Source of the DNA: Gammaproteobacteria bacterium | GTDB taxonomy: Bacteria; Pseudomonadota; Gammaproteobacteria; UBA4575 | Direction: 5' to 3' | DNA length: 64,000 nucleotides | Assembly: GCA_965243395.1 (NCBI GenBank) | Contig: CBDEUS010000001.1 | Span: forward strand, 224,001 to 288,000 | Part shown: one piece after another, positions 11,330 to 21,204 of the stretch | How positions within the stretch are numbered: the first letter of the stretch is position 1 | Layout of the letters: each line of letters opens with the position of its first letter | Position numbers and translations under genes: made by a program | Notes under the pieces: model-generated | The model's database searches: none | What the model saw: only the letters and a program-made list of their open reading frames with translations | What the model was told of the DNA's origin: nothing

Positions 11330-11440
11330 ATGTCCGCTTTGGGTCGTTAGCAGTCATTTTATGTTTGAGTTTTTGTGATTCCAACCTAATTTCCCCCTGA
11401 GTGGTCTAGATCATGTCCGCTTTCGGCCAATAGCAGTCAT
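11330..11440 (-). repeat. Doublet site (55-bp linker)
   Basis: atgtccgcttt-gggtcg-ttagcagtcat +55 bp+ atgtccgcttt-cggcca-atagcagtcat. Confidence 0.9.
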
Positions 11441-11444
11441 TTCT

Positions 11445-11945
11445 TTATTTATTCTCGAGTAATTGTTTTAACTTATCCTCTGCAGCTTGAAGTTCATTTT
11501 CTAAATTTTTAACACGATCATGATATCCTTGAGTAAACCTGGTCGATCCACTTGAAAGTATGCCTGATGTACCTATTCGCTCACCTGGAAGTGGCTCTAT
11601 TCCTTTTTCTAATACCTCTTTTTTATTGGCTATATCTTGCCTCGTTGCTTTTATCTCAGCATCGCGTTTTTTGCGAGCACTAATTCTTTCGTTTATACGC
11701 TGACTTATGTTGTCATGTTGTTTCTTAATCTCTTTCTGTTTTACCTTAGTTTTACTTGCAGGAATAGTATTCGCATCTTGTAAGTCTATCTCTTCAATAT
11801 TGTTTGTATTATTTGGTGGGACAGAGGTATAAACGGTTTTACCATTTTCATCCACATATTTATAAACTTTTGACTGCGAATAAGCAGCAATTGTATACAT
11901 GAGCAAAAAGACAACTATAATTGAATTATTGAATCTATTATTCAC
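11445..11945 (-). CDS. Cassette gene: DUF4124-like exported protein
   Basis: Signal peptide, then VYKYVDENGKTVYTSVPP and a coiled coil. Confidence 0.8.
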   Translation of the reverse strand: MNNRFNNSIIVVFLLMYTIAAYSQSKVYKYVDENGKTVYTSVPPNNTNNIEEIDLQDANTIPASKTKVKQKEIKKQHDNISQRINERISARKKRDAEIKATRQDIANKKEVLEKGIEPLPGERIGTSGILSSGSTRFTQGYHDRVKNLENELQAAEDKLKQLLENK

Positions 11946-12054
11946 TTGATTTCCAAATAAATTATTTAGATTGAAATCATTTTATAGGTCATTATCACTA
12001 CATTTAGATGTCCATTTCACAATAATACGAATGTAATGTATTTTTCTGTTGCAA

Positions 12055-12082
12055 ATATCCGCTTTAGATCGTTAGCAGGCAT
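12055..12082 (-). repeat. Degenerate 28-bp site (B-like) at the array head
   Basis: atatccgcttt-agatcg-ttagcaggcat. Confidence 0.7.
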
Positions 12083-12331
12083 CTTAACTTATTTGATCGA
12101 TAATACTCATTAGCACAAGTAAACTACTTATATAATTATATTTAACATTTAATTGGTTAAATATAAAAGTCTGAACTAGTTCTAGAGTTGAGATTAGTTT
12201 ATATAATTAAGTCCAATATTGGACCTAAGTGTTATATATCTTAATTAGCTTAGCTATTATCGTTGAGGCTATATTATTTTACATTTAAGAATAGTAATTA
12301 AACAGTCTACATTAATTTGGAATAGTTAATT

Positions 12332-12745
12332 ATGAAACGTATTTTGATACTGGTAATCCTTTTTACTACTAATACATATGCTGGGGAAGCTGCTGTAAGT
12401 AGCGATCAATACGGTGAGAAGTGGCCTTTCACTGTTTCTGAAGGAATTGTTAAATGCAAAAAATATCAAAGTGGGAATCATATTCTTGATGCTGTTACGT
12501 TTTTATCAGAAGGCAAAGAGTATGCAATTAACGGTCATGCTATAACGGTTTCAAAAGACTCAAGTCTTAAAATAAATCAATCCATTGATAGCATATGGAA
12601 AGAAGACCCTAAATATAATGAAACGGTAAAAGAGCTTGCTGTAGCTTTAAATAAATCAGAAAAAGAAATTAGAGATGAAATGGGTTCGCCAATGCGCGTA
12701 AGTATAAGTCCTGTTTTAGATAAAGGGTTAAAACTTTGTAATTAA
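12332..12745 (+). CDS. YebY/DUF2511-like exported protein
   Basis: Signal peptide; VSSDQYGEKWPFTV.EG.V.C, YAING, C-terminal GLKLC. Confidence 0.7.
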   Translation: MKRILILVILFTTNTYAGEAAVSSDQYGEKWPFTVSEGIVKCKKYQSGNHILDAVTFLSEGKEYAINGHAITVSKDSSLKINQSIDSIWKEDPKYNETVKELAVALNKSEKEIRDEMGSPMRVSISPVLDKGLKLCN

Positions 12746-12842
12746 AATTAGTAAGAGTTTAAGGTACTTTAGCACACAACATCAAGCCCCAAGAACTTTT
12801 GCTCTTGTCGTAATTCAACTAACCCAACAGTGTTTTAATATT

Positions 12843-13205
12843 ATGAAAAATTCAGATGAATATAAAGAATTTGTTACTGAACAACTTGATGAATGTTTTT
12901 TAAGCTATCGAGAATCAGTAAAGCAACACTTAAGCAAATTTGGGCCAGAAAACTTAGACAAGGTTTTAAACAAAATTGAAGCCGATATTAAAAATATTTT
13001 AGTTCAAAATTACATACATGATTATTCTAATATGTATGACAAATGGGATAAAGAAACTAGATCACTCTATATTAGAAATGAAGAAAAAAAGCAGGATTAC
13101 AAATGGTTGTTGCTTAAATTCTTAGGGTATGCGGTAACCATTATCTGTATTGGCTTTGTTTACAAATATTTTGGACTGTCGCCCTTCCTAAATCCTAATA
13201 GTTAA
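12843..13205 (+). CDS. Hypothetical protein with C-terminal TM
   Basis: 120-aa ORF. Confidence 0.5.
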   Translation: MKNSDEYKEFVTEQLDECFLSYRESVKQHLSKFGPENLDKVLNKIEADIKNILVQNYIHDYSNMYDKWDKETRSLYIRNEEKKQDYKWLLLKFLGYAVTIICIGFVYKYFGLSPFLNPNS

Positions 13206-13223
13206 TTTCTTAAAAACTCAGTT

Positions 13224-13424
13224 ATGAGATACAGAAAGCCAAGCCTAAAAACCTTACTCGGTATTACCAAAGCCAAACGTCGTGTGAAAAAGGATCTTGG
13301 TATATATAAAGTGACCAAGTACACCAATGCGCCAAAAAACGCTAAGAGACGTGTAAAAAGAAAGCTTGGCTATTACTCAGAACCTATGAAGATATTTCGA
13401 TTTATTAAAAGACTATTGAAATAA
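13224..13424 (+). CDS. Small very basic hypothetical protein
   Basis: K/R-rich 66 aa with an internal AKRRVK repeat. Confidence 0.55.
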   Translation: MRYRKPSLKTLLGITKAKRRVKKDLGIYKVTKYTNAPKNAKRRVKRKLGYYSEPMKIFRFIKRLLK

Positions 13425-13691
13425 TACGGAAACATTTTCACATATTTTGGTCCGAAAACGGACCTAACACTTTTACTTTAATAACAAAGGCTATATGAGT
13501 TTTCTTTTAGAATATTTTTCATACAACATTTTTTGAATCTGAATTCAACAATAAAATAATTGTTATTTATAAATTCATTCACACACAATTACGAATAAAA
13601 ATTTCTTAATGTAAATTGTGACGATGTCAATTATTTGTCGTTGCTACAAATACTTCTGTAATTAAACTATCGTAATTAACAATTATCATAA

Positions 13692-16600
13692 TTGTTAGTT
13701 AATAAAAACAACAATTCAGATTTGGGGAGTGTGAGTATGAGGCCGTTCAATCTTGTTCGTTCAGTTTGTAAGAATTTAAAAGCGAGAAATGAGAGTTCAT
13801 TCTCTAATCTTCCAAATGATATTTTAATTCGATTTAAATTTTTAACATTACTTGTAATTCTATATTCATCATTGTTGCAACCATTGCACGCTCTTGAATT
13901 TTGCGGAGGTTCTTATGGTTCATGCAGTGCAGCGCAAGACGCATGTGATACAGTAACCGGTCACAGTAATTGTGACAGCCCGCCAACTAATAGCAGTAAT
14001 AATCATTGTCAGTCTGGAACTCATTATCACTCTGGAAATGTATTCAAAAGTGGCGGTTTTGATAACTATCACTTTACCTGCCTATCCGGCGGAGGTTGTG
14101 GTACGGGTATTACAGAATACACAATCAATAGTTTATGTTTACCAGAAGGGTTTAAAGTTGGAAATACGAAAGGTGCTCCACAAATGTGTGTGGGCAATCC
14201 TCTTAATCCTGCGACTGGAAATAAATTTCAGGCAGAACAAGACATCTCCATCCCGAATAGCGATTTATCCTTTTCGCGTTACTACAATTCAGTAGACGAA
14301 GGGCATGCGGGTGAATTAATCATTAAGGGAAGATGGACTTATGATTATCTTCAAAGACTAGATCCTTCTAATGGATTTGTAACCGTATATCGTCCTGATG
14401 GGAAGGAACTCGTATTCGATTGCCCAGCCACAACTGGGTCTTGTACAGGAGACACCGATCTCAAAATAGAACTTGAGAAAACTTCTACAGGATATTCGCT
14501 ATTAACTTCCAGTAATAACACAGAAGACTATGATACGAATGGAAAACTGCAATCCATTACCTCACTCGCGGGCCAAACACAAACATTATCTTATAACAGC
14601 ACATCTGGATTACTGGAAACCGTTACTGATCATTTTAATCGTACCTTAACGTTTACTTTTGGGACAAGTAGTCGAATAGAAACCATTACCGATCCAAATG
14701 GCGAAGTCTACACATATGATATAGACACGGATAAAAATCTACTATCGGTAACGTATCCCGATGACACACCTGGTACCACAACGGATAATCCAAAACGTGA
14801 GTTTCAATACAACGATACAAATTTTGATTCATTACTCACAGGTATTGTGGATGAGAATGGAAACTTATATGCCGAATTTGATTACGACACCCAAGGACGG
14901 GCGATTCAATCAAAACATGCGGGAGGTGTGGAGCAAGTTGATTTAGTTTATAACGTGGATGGCACTACAACTGTCACGGATTCATTAGGTGCAACGAACA
15001 CCTTCACCTTTGATATCGTGGCATTTGTTCCCAAAACAACGGCTATATCCGGTGGCCAATGTGGCAGCGGTTGTAGTTCACAAGCACAAGCGCAAACTTA
15101 TGACACGAATGGTTATATTGCATCCAGTACCGATTTTGAAGGGAATGTAACTAACTTTGTCAATAACAGTCGGGGACTACAAACTTCAAGAACCGAAGCG
15201 GTGGGAGAATTAGAAGAGCGCACGATAACGACTGACTGGCATTCGACTCTCAGGCTACCTACCAAGATCACAGACAATGGTAAAGAAACTTCCATTACTT
15301 ATAACACTAATGGTCAGGTTCTTACCCGAACTGAAAAAGATTTATCCAATAACAATACGCGCACGACAACGTTTACCTATGATAGTAATGGGAATGTGTT
15401 GACTATCAATGGACCGCGCACTGATATTGATGACATTACCACCTTCACCTATGACACGTCTGGCAATCGTGCCAGCATGAGCGTTGACCCCGATGGCGCA
15501 GGATCTGCACCTGCACAAGTCACTAACTATACTTCTTATGATAATAGCGGGCGTTTGCTCTCCATGACCGATCCTAATGGCGTGGTCACAACGATGGACT
15601 ATGACCCACGTGGGCGCTTAGAGTCGCGTACGGTTGCAAGTGGAACATCCGAAGCTGCAACCACTACTTTTGAATACGATGGCGTGGGGAATGTCACAAA
15701 AATCACATTGCCAAATAATAGTTATCTTTCTTACACGTACGATACTGCACAACGCTTAACGAACATTGAAGACAATCTTGGAAATAAAATTACCTATACC
15801 TTAGATGACTTGGGTAATCGCACCAAAGAAGATGTGTTTGATACCAGCAGCACCTTACGCCGTACACAAAGCCGTGTGTTTGATCAACTCAGTCGAATGA
15901 CCCAGCACACAGGAGGAGCAAGTCAAGTAAGCATTTTTGGTTATGATGGTAATGGTAATCAGGTTTCTGTACTAGACCCTTTAAGCCGAAGCTCTACCTC
16001 TTCCTTTGATGCGTTGAATCGTCTCATTACTTCAACCGATCCGGCATTAAGTGATACAGACTATACGTATGATGATCGCGATAACTTGATCAGTGTATCG
16101 GATGCACGAAGTCTTACTACCACCTACACCTATGATGATTTAGATAACTTAACTCAACTCGTTAGTCCAGACACAGGAACAACTACCTATACGTATGATG
16201 ATGCTGGGAATCGACTTACCCAAACCGATGCCAGAAGTAAAACTACAACCTATACCTATGATGCGTTAAATCGAGTCAGTTCTATAACTTATCCTGATAC
16301 TAGTTTGAATGTCACGTTTACATATGACTCAGGAACGAATGGTAAAGGTCGTTTAACGGGCATGACCGACGCATCAGGTACGACAACATACACCTATGAC
16401 AAGCGTGGAAATCTTGCGAGTGAATCAAAAGTCATCAGCGGTCAAACGTATCTTACGAGTTATGCGTATGATGATGCAGACAATGTCACACAATTAACCT
16501 ATCCAAGTGGGCGCACGGTTGATTACGAATACAATAGCATCGGACAAGTGGTTCAAGTGGAGACTACCTTAGGCAGTAATACCAACATTGTTGCATTTGA

Positions 16601-18815
16601 TATTAACTACCACCCATTTGGACCTATTAAAAGTTTAATCTTTGGTAACGGGTTAAGCACTGCATACACATTTGATCAAGACTATCGACTTACCGATGCG
16701 GTTACAGACAATAATACTCATTCATTGACGTACGCTTATGATCTTGGCGATAACATTTCTACGATCACTGACAATAATGATTCAACGCGTAATCAATCTT
16801 TCACGTATGACAATTTAGATCGCTTATTAAGTGGTAACGGGATTTATGGTTCACTGAGTTACACTTATGATGTAGTCGGTAACCGTCTCACGGAAACAAA
16901 AAATTCAGTAACCGATACTTATAGTTATGCGACTACCAGTAATCAAGTACAAACTATCACTGGTGGTCAAATTAATTCGTTTACTTACGATGCTGCAGGA
17001 AATATCACAGTTGGAAGCGGGGATACCTTCACGGTAAATGATGCCAATCGTATGGCAACCGCAGCAAGTGGTTCGACAACAGCTACGTATACCTATAACG
17101 GCAAAGGCGAACGTACTATAAAAGTAGTGGGTTCTACGACAACGATTTACCACTATGACCAAAATGGACAGCTAATAGCTGAGTCCGATGCACTCGCAAA
17201 TTCACAAGCTGAATATATCTATCTCAATGGGCAACGCCTTGCGTTAATTGATCCTAATGGAACAGGAACGGGCGCATCGGGTATTGTCATCGATAACAGT
17301 GATTCTAGCTCGACTAGTACGATTGGAAATTGGACGACTACCGTAACGGGTACGGGAGATTACGAAGGATCTGATGTTGCGCAGTCAGCATTGAATAGCA
17401 TTGAAATCATTATTGATGATGTTGATTCTTCAACGTCATCTGTAGGTAATTGGTGGCTTAGCACAGCTTCTCATTGGTATGGAGGTACGGCTCAGCATAT
17501 AAGATGGCCAGGCTCAGGTAGTCAAATTTTTACTTGGAATTTTTCTTCTATATCAAGTGGTAATTATGAGGTAGCTGCCCAATGGTGGGCTCACCCGCAA
17601 TATACATCAATTGCACCCTATACTATAAATCACACACAAGGCAGCACGCTTGTATTGGGAGATCAAACCCAAAATCCGGGCTGGAATGTGCTCGGAACAT
17701 TTTCGCTTGATTCCACCAGCAGTATCGAACTAAGCGATGATGCAAATAATAAATATGTCATGGCCGATGCGATACGCTTAATTGATAACACCATACCCAC
17801 ATTCACTTGGGATGCACCGGTGGGCACGTTTGATGTGTATGCAGAATGGACACAAGATTCGAGTCATGCAACGGATTCAACTTATACACTTCATCATTCA
17901 ACAGGACAGACAACTGTAACGGTGAATCAACAAACCAATGGTATAGGTTTGAATTATTTAGGTACAGCAACTTTTGATGCAACAGGAAAAGTTGTTTTGG
18001 CTAGCGGGTCAGATGGAAATGTCATTGCCGATGCAATTCATTTTATAGGGACTTCCACATCCACCACTGCATTGTATTACATTCACAGTAATCACTTAGA
18101 CACCCCTCAAGCCATTACCGACGGAAGTAAAACGGTTGTTTGGAGTGCGGATTATGAACCGTTTGGGGAGACAAATATAACCGTTAATACTTTAACGAAT
18201 AATCTACGATTCCCTGGCCAATATGCTGATAGTGAAAGTGGATTACATTACAACTACTTTAGAGATTACAACCCTAGTATTGGGCGCTATATGCAATCAG
18301 ATCCGATTGGGTTACTTGGCGGATTTAATACCTATGTTTATGTGAAAGCAAATCCACAAAAATTTACCGACAACTTAGGTTTATATGATTCTGATTTTGA
18401 TGCAGCAGAACAAACAATCAATAGATTATTCAAAGGATACAATATTCCTCCTATTTCGACATGTAGCGGTGGTGTAGATTGTACAAGACGCGGATTAGAT
18501 ACATTTGATGAAGGTGGTTATTTACCAGAAACAGATGAAATTATTATAAATGAATTAGATTTTGGTACTGGAGATAATATGAGAGACATAGCTCTCAATG
18601 ATGTACAAGCATATAATCTACTGAACACTTATATCCATGAAATCTTGCATGCAAATCAAAACTTGTTTGGTGATTTCGCAATGAGAAACTTACAAAATGG
18701 ACGAGGTTCTCCGGGAGCATTTTTGCATGACACAATTTATCGATGGGCAGACATTCTAACAAAAAGAAACTTTCAGTCATTCAATGAGTTGAGAGAGCAA
18801 TGCGAAATTAAGTAA
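13692..18815 (+). CDS. RHS/YD-repeat polymorphic toxin with inserted beta-sandwich domains and a C-terminal HExxH domain
   Basis: GNPLNPATGNKF (DUF6531-like), many TYTYD repeats, RHS core LRFPGQY...HYNYFRDY...QSDPIGL, end-of-core DNLGL, then IHEILH; true start may be downstream (e.g. 13737). Confidence 0.9.
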   Translation: MLVNKNNNSDLGSVSMRPFNLVRSVCKNLKARNESSFSNLPNDILIRFKFLTLLVILYSSLLQPLHALEFCGGSYGSCSAAQDACDTVTGHSNCDSPPTNSSNNHCQSGTHYHSGNVFKSGGFDNYHFTCLSGGGCGTGITEYTINSLCLPEGFKVGNTKGAPQMCVGNPLNPATGNKFQAEQDISIPNSDLSFSRYYNSVDEGHAGELIIKGRWTYDYLQRLDPSNGFVTVYRPDGKELVFDCPATTGSCTGDTDLKIELEKTSTGYSLLTSSNNTEDYDTNGKLQSITSLAGQTQTLSYNSTSGLLETVTDHFNRTLTFTFGTSSRIETITDPNGEVYTYDIDTDKNLLSVTYPDDTPGTTTDNPKREFQYNDTNFDSLLTGIVDENGNLYAEFDYDTQGRAIQSKHAGGVEQVDLVYNVDGTTTVTDSLGATNTFTFDIVAFVPKTTAISGGQCGSGCSSQAQAQTYDTNGYIASSTDFEGNVTNFVNNSRGLQTSRTEAVGELEERTITTDWHSTLRLPTKITDNGKETSITYNTNGQVLTRTEKDLSNNNTRTTTFTYDSNGNVLTINGPRTDIDDITTFTYDTSGNRASMSVDPDGAGSAPAQVTNYTSYDNSGRLLSMTDPNGVVTTMDYDPRGRLESRTVASGTSEAATTTFEYDGVGNVTKITLPNNSYLSYTYDTAQRLTNIEDNLGNKITYTLDDLGNRTKEDVFDTSSTLRRTQSRVFDQLSRMTQHTGGASQVSIFGYDGNGNQVSVLDPLSRSSTSSFDALNRLITSTDPALSDTDYTYDDRDNLISVSDARSLTTTYTYDDLDNLTQLVSPDTGTTTYTYDDAGNRLTQTDARSKTTTYTYDALNRVSSITYPDTSLNVTFTYDSGTNGKGRLTGMTDASGTTTYTYDKRGNLASESKVISGQTYLTSYAYDDADNVTQLTYPSGRTVDYEYNSIGQVVQVETTLGSNTNIVAFDINYHPFGPIKSLIFGNGLSTAYTFDQDYRLTDAVTDNNTHSLTYAYDLGDNISTITDNNDSTRNQSFTYDNLDRLLSGNGIYGSLSYTYDVVGNRLTETKNSVTDTYSYATTSNQVQTITGGQINSFTYDAAGNITVGSGDTFTVNDANRMATAASGSTTATYTYNGKGERTIKVVGSTTTIYHYDQNGQLIAESDALANSQAEYIYLNGQRLALIDPNGTGTGASGIVIDNSDSSSTSTIGNWTTTVTGTGDYEGSDVAQSALNSIEIIIDDVDSSTSSVGNWWLSTASHWYGGTAQHIRWPGSGSQIFTWNFSSISSGNYEVAAQWWAHPQYTSIAPYTINHTQGSTLVLGDQTQNPGWNVLGTFSLDSTSSIELSDDANNKYVMADAIRLIDNTIPTFTWDAPVGTFDVYAEWTQDSSHATDSTYTLHHSTGQTTVTVNQQTNGIGLNYLGTATFDATGKVVLASGSDGNVIADAIHFIGTSTSTTALYYIHSNHLDTPQAITDGSKTVVWSADYEPFGETNITVNTLTNNLRFPGQYADSESGLHYNYFRDYNPSIGRYMQSDPIGLLGGFNTYVYVKANPQKFTDNLGLYDSDFDAAEQTINRLFKGYNIPPISTCSGGVDCTRRGLDTFDEGGYLPETDEIIINELDFGTGDNMRDIALNDVQAYNLLNTYIHEILHANQNLFGDFAMRNLQNGRGSPGAFLHDTIYRWADILTKRNFQSFNELREQCEIK

Positions 18816-18847
18816 ATCTAGGCATTGCTTGGTATAATCATCTCAAT

Positions 18848-19249
18848 ATGAAAGGATCAATAAAAGTATTTATAGTTGTACTTATACTATTGGCATTACC
18901 AATTTACCCTAAGTTTCCGGTACAAGTTGCAGATCCTGTGGGAGTGGAAGATTCTCGAATTAAAGTAAATATAAATACCGATGAGTTAGAAGTAATACTC
19001 CATACGATTAGAGGAAAAAAATTTGATTTTTTATATAGTAGATTAAAAAATAGGAATACAAGACCTCTTATTGGAATCTACGACATATCTGGCAAAAGTA
19101 CTGATGAAAAATTATCTCAATTAGATAATTCAATAAAAGATTCTGAAATAATAGCTATTACTGGATCGAAAGGTTATAGAGAGTCGTATTATTTTAATAG
19201 AGATGGTGCATCACTAAAATTTATCACTTCACGAGATATCATGATCTAA
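18848..19249 (+). CDS. Putative immunity protein of the RHS toxin
   Basis: Small gene 32 bp after the RHS stop, with an N-terminal hydrophobic segment; role inferred from position. Confidence 0.5.
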   Translation: MKGSIKVFIVVLILLALPIYPKFPVQVADPVGVEDSRIKVNINTDELEVILHTIRGKKFDFLYSRLKNRNTRPLIGIYDISGKSTDEKLSQLDNSIKDSEIIAITGSKGYRESYYFNRDGASLKFITSRDIMI

Positions 19250-19309
19250 TATCAATATTTTATCATTTTCACTTTTTCCTAACATCTATCAGTCGCATAT
19301 CCAATCTCT

Positions 19310-19345
19310 CTAACGATTAAAAGTAGCCCCACATAGAGCAGGGCT
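19310..19345 (+). repeat. 36-bp direct repeat, copy 1
   Basis: CTAACGATTAAAAGTAGCCCCACATAGAGCAGGGCT; 33/36 identical to 21969-22004. Confidence 0.75.
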
Positions 19346-19613
19346 AGATGTCTTAACATTAAATGGTTGATTCAGAAAGTTGAGTGAATTTTAGCTAAGT
19401 CTTGATGTGTAATTTCAGAACTTAAATAAATTTGAAAGAGTATCTCCAAATGCCGTATGGTCAAAGTGGACGATGCGTGTGCTTTAATAGCTTTCATAGT
19501 AGTCAAACAACCAGCAATCACATCATGGTCATTTCCCATGTATACGAACCTAATCTGTTACCAAGAGATTTATCATAATCAAAATTAATGATAACTTGTG
19601 CATAAAGATAAAC

Positions 19614-20285
19614 TTACACTTTTGCCTCATCTTCTATAGGTAATCCTTCTAATTTCCATTCTGGAAACCCATCTTGCAATCGACGAGCTTTATAGCCTTT
19701 TGCTCGAAGCTTAGCGACTGCATCAAATGCTAGTAGGCAATGAGGACCCCTACAATACGCTATTACTTCTTTTGATTTTGGAATTTCATTTAATTTACTT
19801 TTTAATTCTGTAAGAGGAATGCTCTTAGAATTAGGGATATGTCCCAATTGAAATTCACTTCGTGGACGCACGTCTATAACTGTTACGACACCCTTACTTG
19901 CTCGCTTTAACAGCTCTTCCCTCGTAATAGGTTCTAATCCATCTTTACTCGTCAAATACTTGGATATTAATACTTGTATTTCAGCCAAGTTAGCTTCAGC
20001 AATTTCTCGTAACAATGTCATAAGCGCAATTATTGAATTATCGCTTAAGCTGTAATAGGACTTTTGGCCTTGAGATCTAGATTTTACCAGCCCAGAGCGT
20101 CTAAGCCCTTGTAAATGTTGGGACGTATTCGCAACCGTAAGCCCGGACTTTTTTGCAAGATTTTCTACTGTAGCTTCTCCTTGTGCCAAAAATTCCAGTA
20201 ATTCTAAGCGGTTACCGCTACTTAGAGATTTACCAATCATCGCAAACTGAGAAAAAAGCTCTTTCTTGAAGTGATTTGTTTCCAT
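19614..20285 (-). CDS. ArsR/SmtB regulator fused to a rhodanese domain
   Basis: RLELLEFLAQGE..VE.LA...ANTSQHLQ HTH; DVRP..EF..GHIP and AYCRGPHC rhodanese motifs. Confidence 0.92.
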   Translation of the reverse strand: METNHFKKELFSQFAMIGKSLSSGNRLELLEFLAQGEATVENLAKKSGLTVANTSQHLQGLRRSGLVKSRSQGQKSYYSLSDNSIIALMTLLREIAEANLAEIQVLISKYLTSKDGLEPITREELLKRASKGVVTVIDVRPRSEFQLGHIPNSKSIPLTELKSKLNEIPKSKEVIAYCRGPHCLLAFDAVAKLRAKGYKARRLQDGFPEWKLEGLPIEDEAKV

Positions 20286-20299
20286 ATATATAATTCTAT

Positions 20300-20321
20300 T
20301 ATTCAATAGATTAATTGAATA
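20300..20321. promoter_or_regulatory. Putative ArsR-family operator
   Basis: Perfect inverted repeat TATTCAAT-AGATTA-ATTGAATA just upstream of the regulator in a divergent region. Confidence 0.6.
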
Positions 20322-20457
20322 TTTATTGTGTGCTTAGAAAGAAATTATATCACTGCCATATATGAAATATGCGCTATTTCTAAGGTTGATATTAATTACT
20401 GCTTTCGACTCTGAGTCAATCAAAAAAAAGTCAATAAAAATGTTAGGAGGTAGTTTT

Positions 20458-20538
20458 ATGGATGGGCTTGCATACAACATCATATATTTAGTCTTTGTAG
20501 TTGGGCTTGCATATATTTTCTATGCCAATCTAAGTTAA
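20458..20538 (+). CDS. 26-aa single-TM peptide
   Basis: MDGLAYNIIYLVFVVGLAYIFYANLS* preceded by AGGAGG. Confidence 0.5.
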   Translation: MDGLAYNIIYLVFVVGLAYIFYANLS

Positions 20539-20615
20539 ATATATCTTTTGATAATTTACATAGTTGTACACATATCGTATTTACAAATGCTACAGATCAA
20601 TAAAAAGGTAAGTCT

Positions 20616-21119
20616 ATGAATCGGACACAAAGTATTTTCATTTATCTATACATTTTTGGAGTGCTTTTTTTTACGAATATAGCCAATGCAAGTAAACCAC
20701 CTGATGTAGATGCATTAAAAAATGTGAACGAGGGAAAAGTTGTATGGGATGTGACTGTAGGTAACCCTAAAAAGCTTTTGTTAATGCTAAAAGTAATCGA
20801 AGAAACATATTATGACCTTATAAATCAGAATGTTAAACCGGATATGGTTTTTGCCTTTCACGGACCTGTTATGAAACTGATAACTACAGAATCACCCGAT
20901 TTAGCACTTGATGAAGAAGAGGCGCATGAGGAAGTTTTGGAGTTATTGACAAGCTTCAGCCAAAAGCGAGGGGTAAAAATGGAATCATGTTCGATTTCAT
21001 CAAGATTACTCAATATTGAAAATGACACAATAATTTCTGAGATCAAACCTGTAGGTAATACCTTTGTGTCGTTAATTGGGTATCAAAAACAAGGCTATTC
21101 GCTCATACCAATTTACTAG
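20616..21119 (+). CDS. DsrE-like exported protein
   Basis: Signal peptide, KVVWDV, FHGP, ESCSIS, SLIGYQKQGY. Confidence 0.7.
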   Translation: MNRTQSIFIYLYIFGVLFFTNIANASKPPDVDALKNVNEGKVVWDVTVGNPKKLLLMLKVIEETYYDLINQNVKPDMVFAFHGPVMKLITTESPDLALDEEEAHEEVLELLTSFSQKRGVKMESCSISSRLLNIENDTIISEIKPVGNTFVSLIGYQKQGYSLIPIY

Positions 21120-21204
21120 TAACTATTTTATTTTTTTTAATATTAACAAATATTCATAAAACTAATCTATCGGCAATTCTCATCCATTATTTAGGAGCTC
21201 GTCT

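Larger units (their letters stand above)
8295..12082 (-). mobile_element. Cassette array 1: 7 single genes delimited by 13 copies of a 28-bp palindromic site
   Basis: Sites start at 8295 (degenerate), 8730, 9163/9236, 9675/9748, 10274/10347, 10816/10889, 11330/11413 and 12055 (degenerate); one minus-strand ORF in each gene-sized interval. Confidence 0.85.

Noticed and set aside
8295-12082. Classical integron/attC array
   Set aside because: No RYYYAAC...GTTRRRY ends at the repeat boundaries, and the only recombinase in the window is an arm-domain phage-type Int, not IntI.
19370-19540. Possible ~55-aa minus-strand MarR-like fragment
   Set aside because: Short, no clear SD and only a vague resemblance; cannot be supported without a search.
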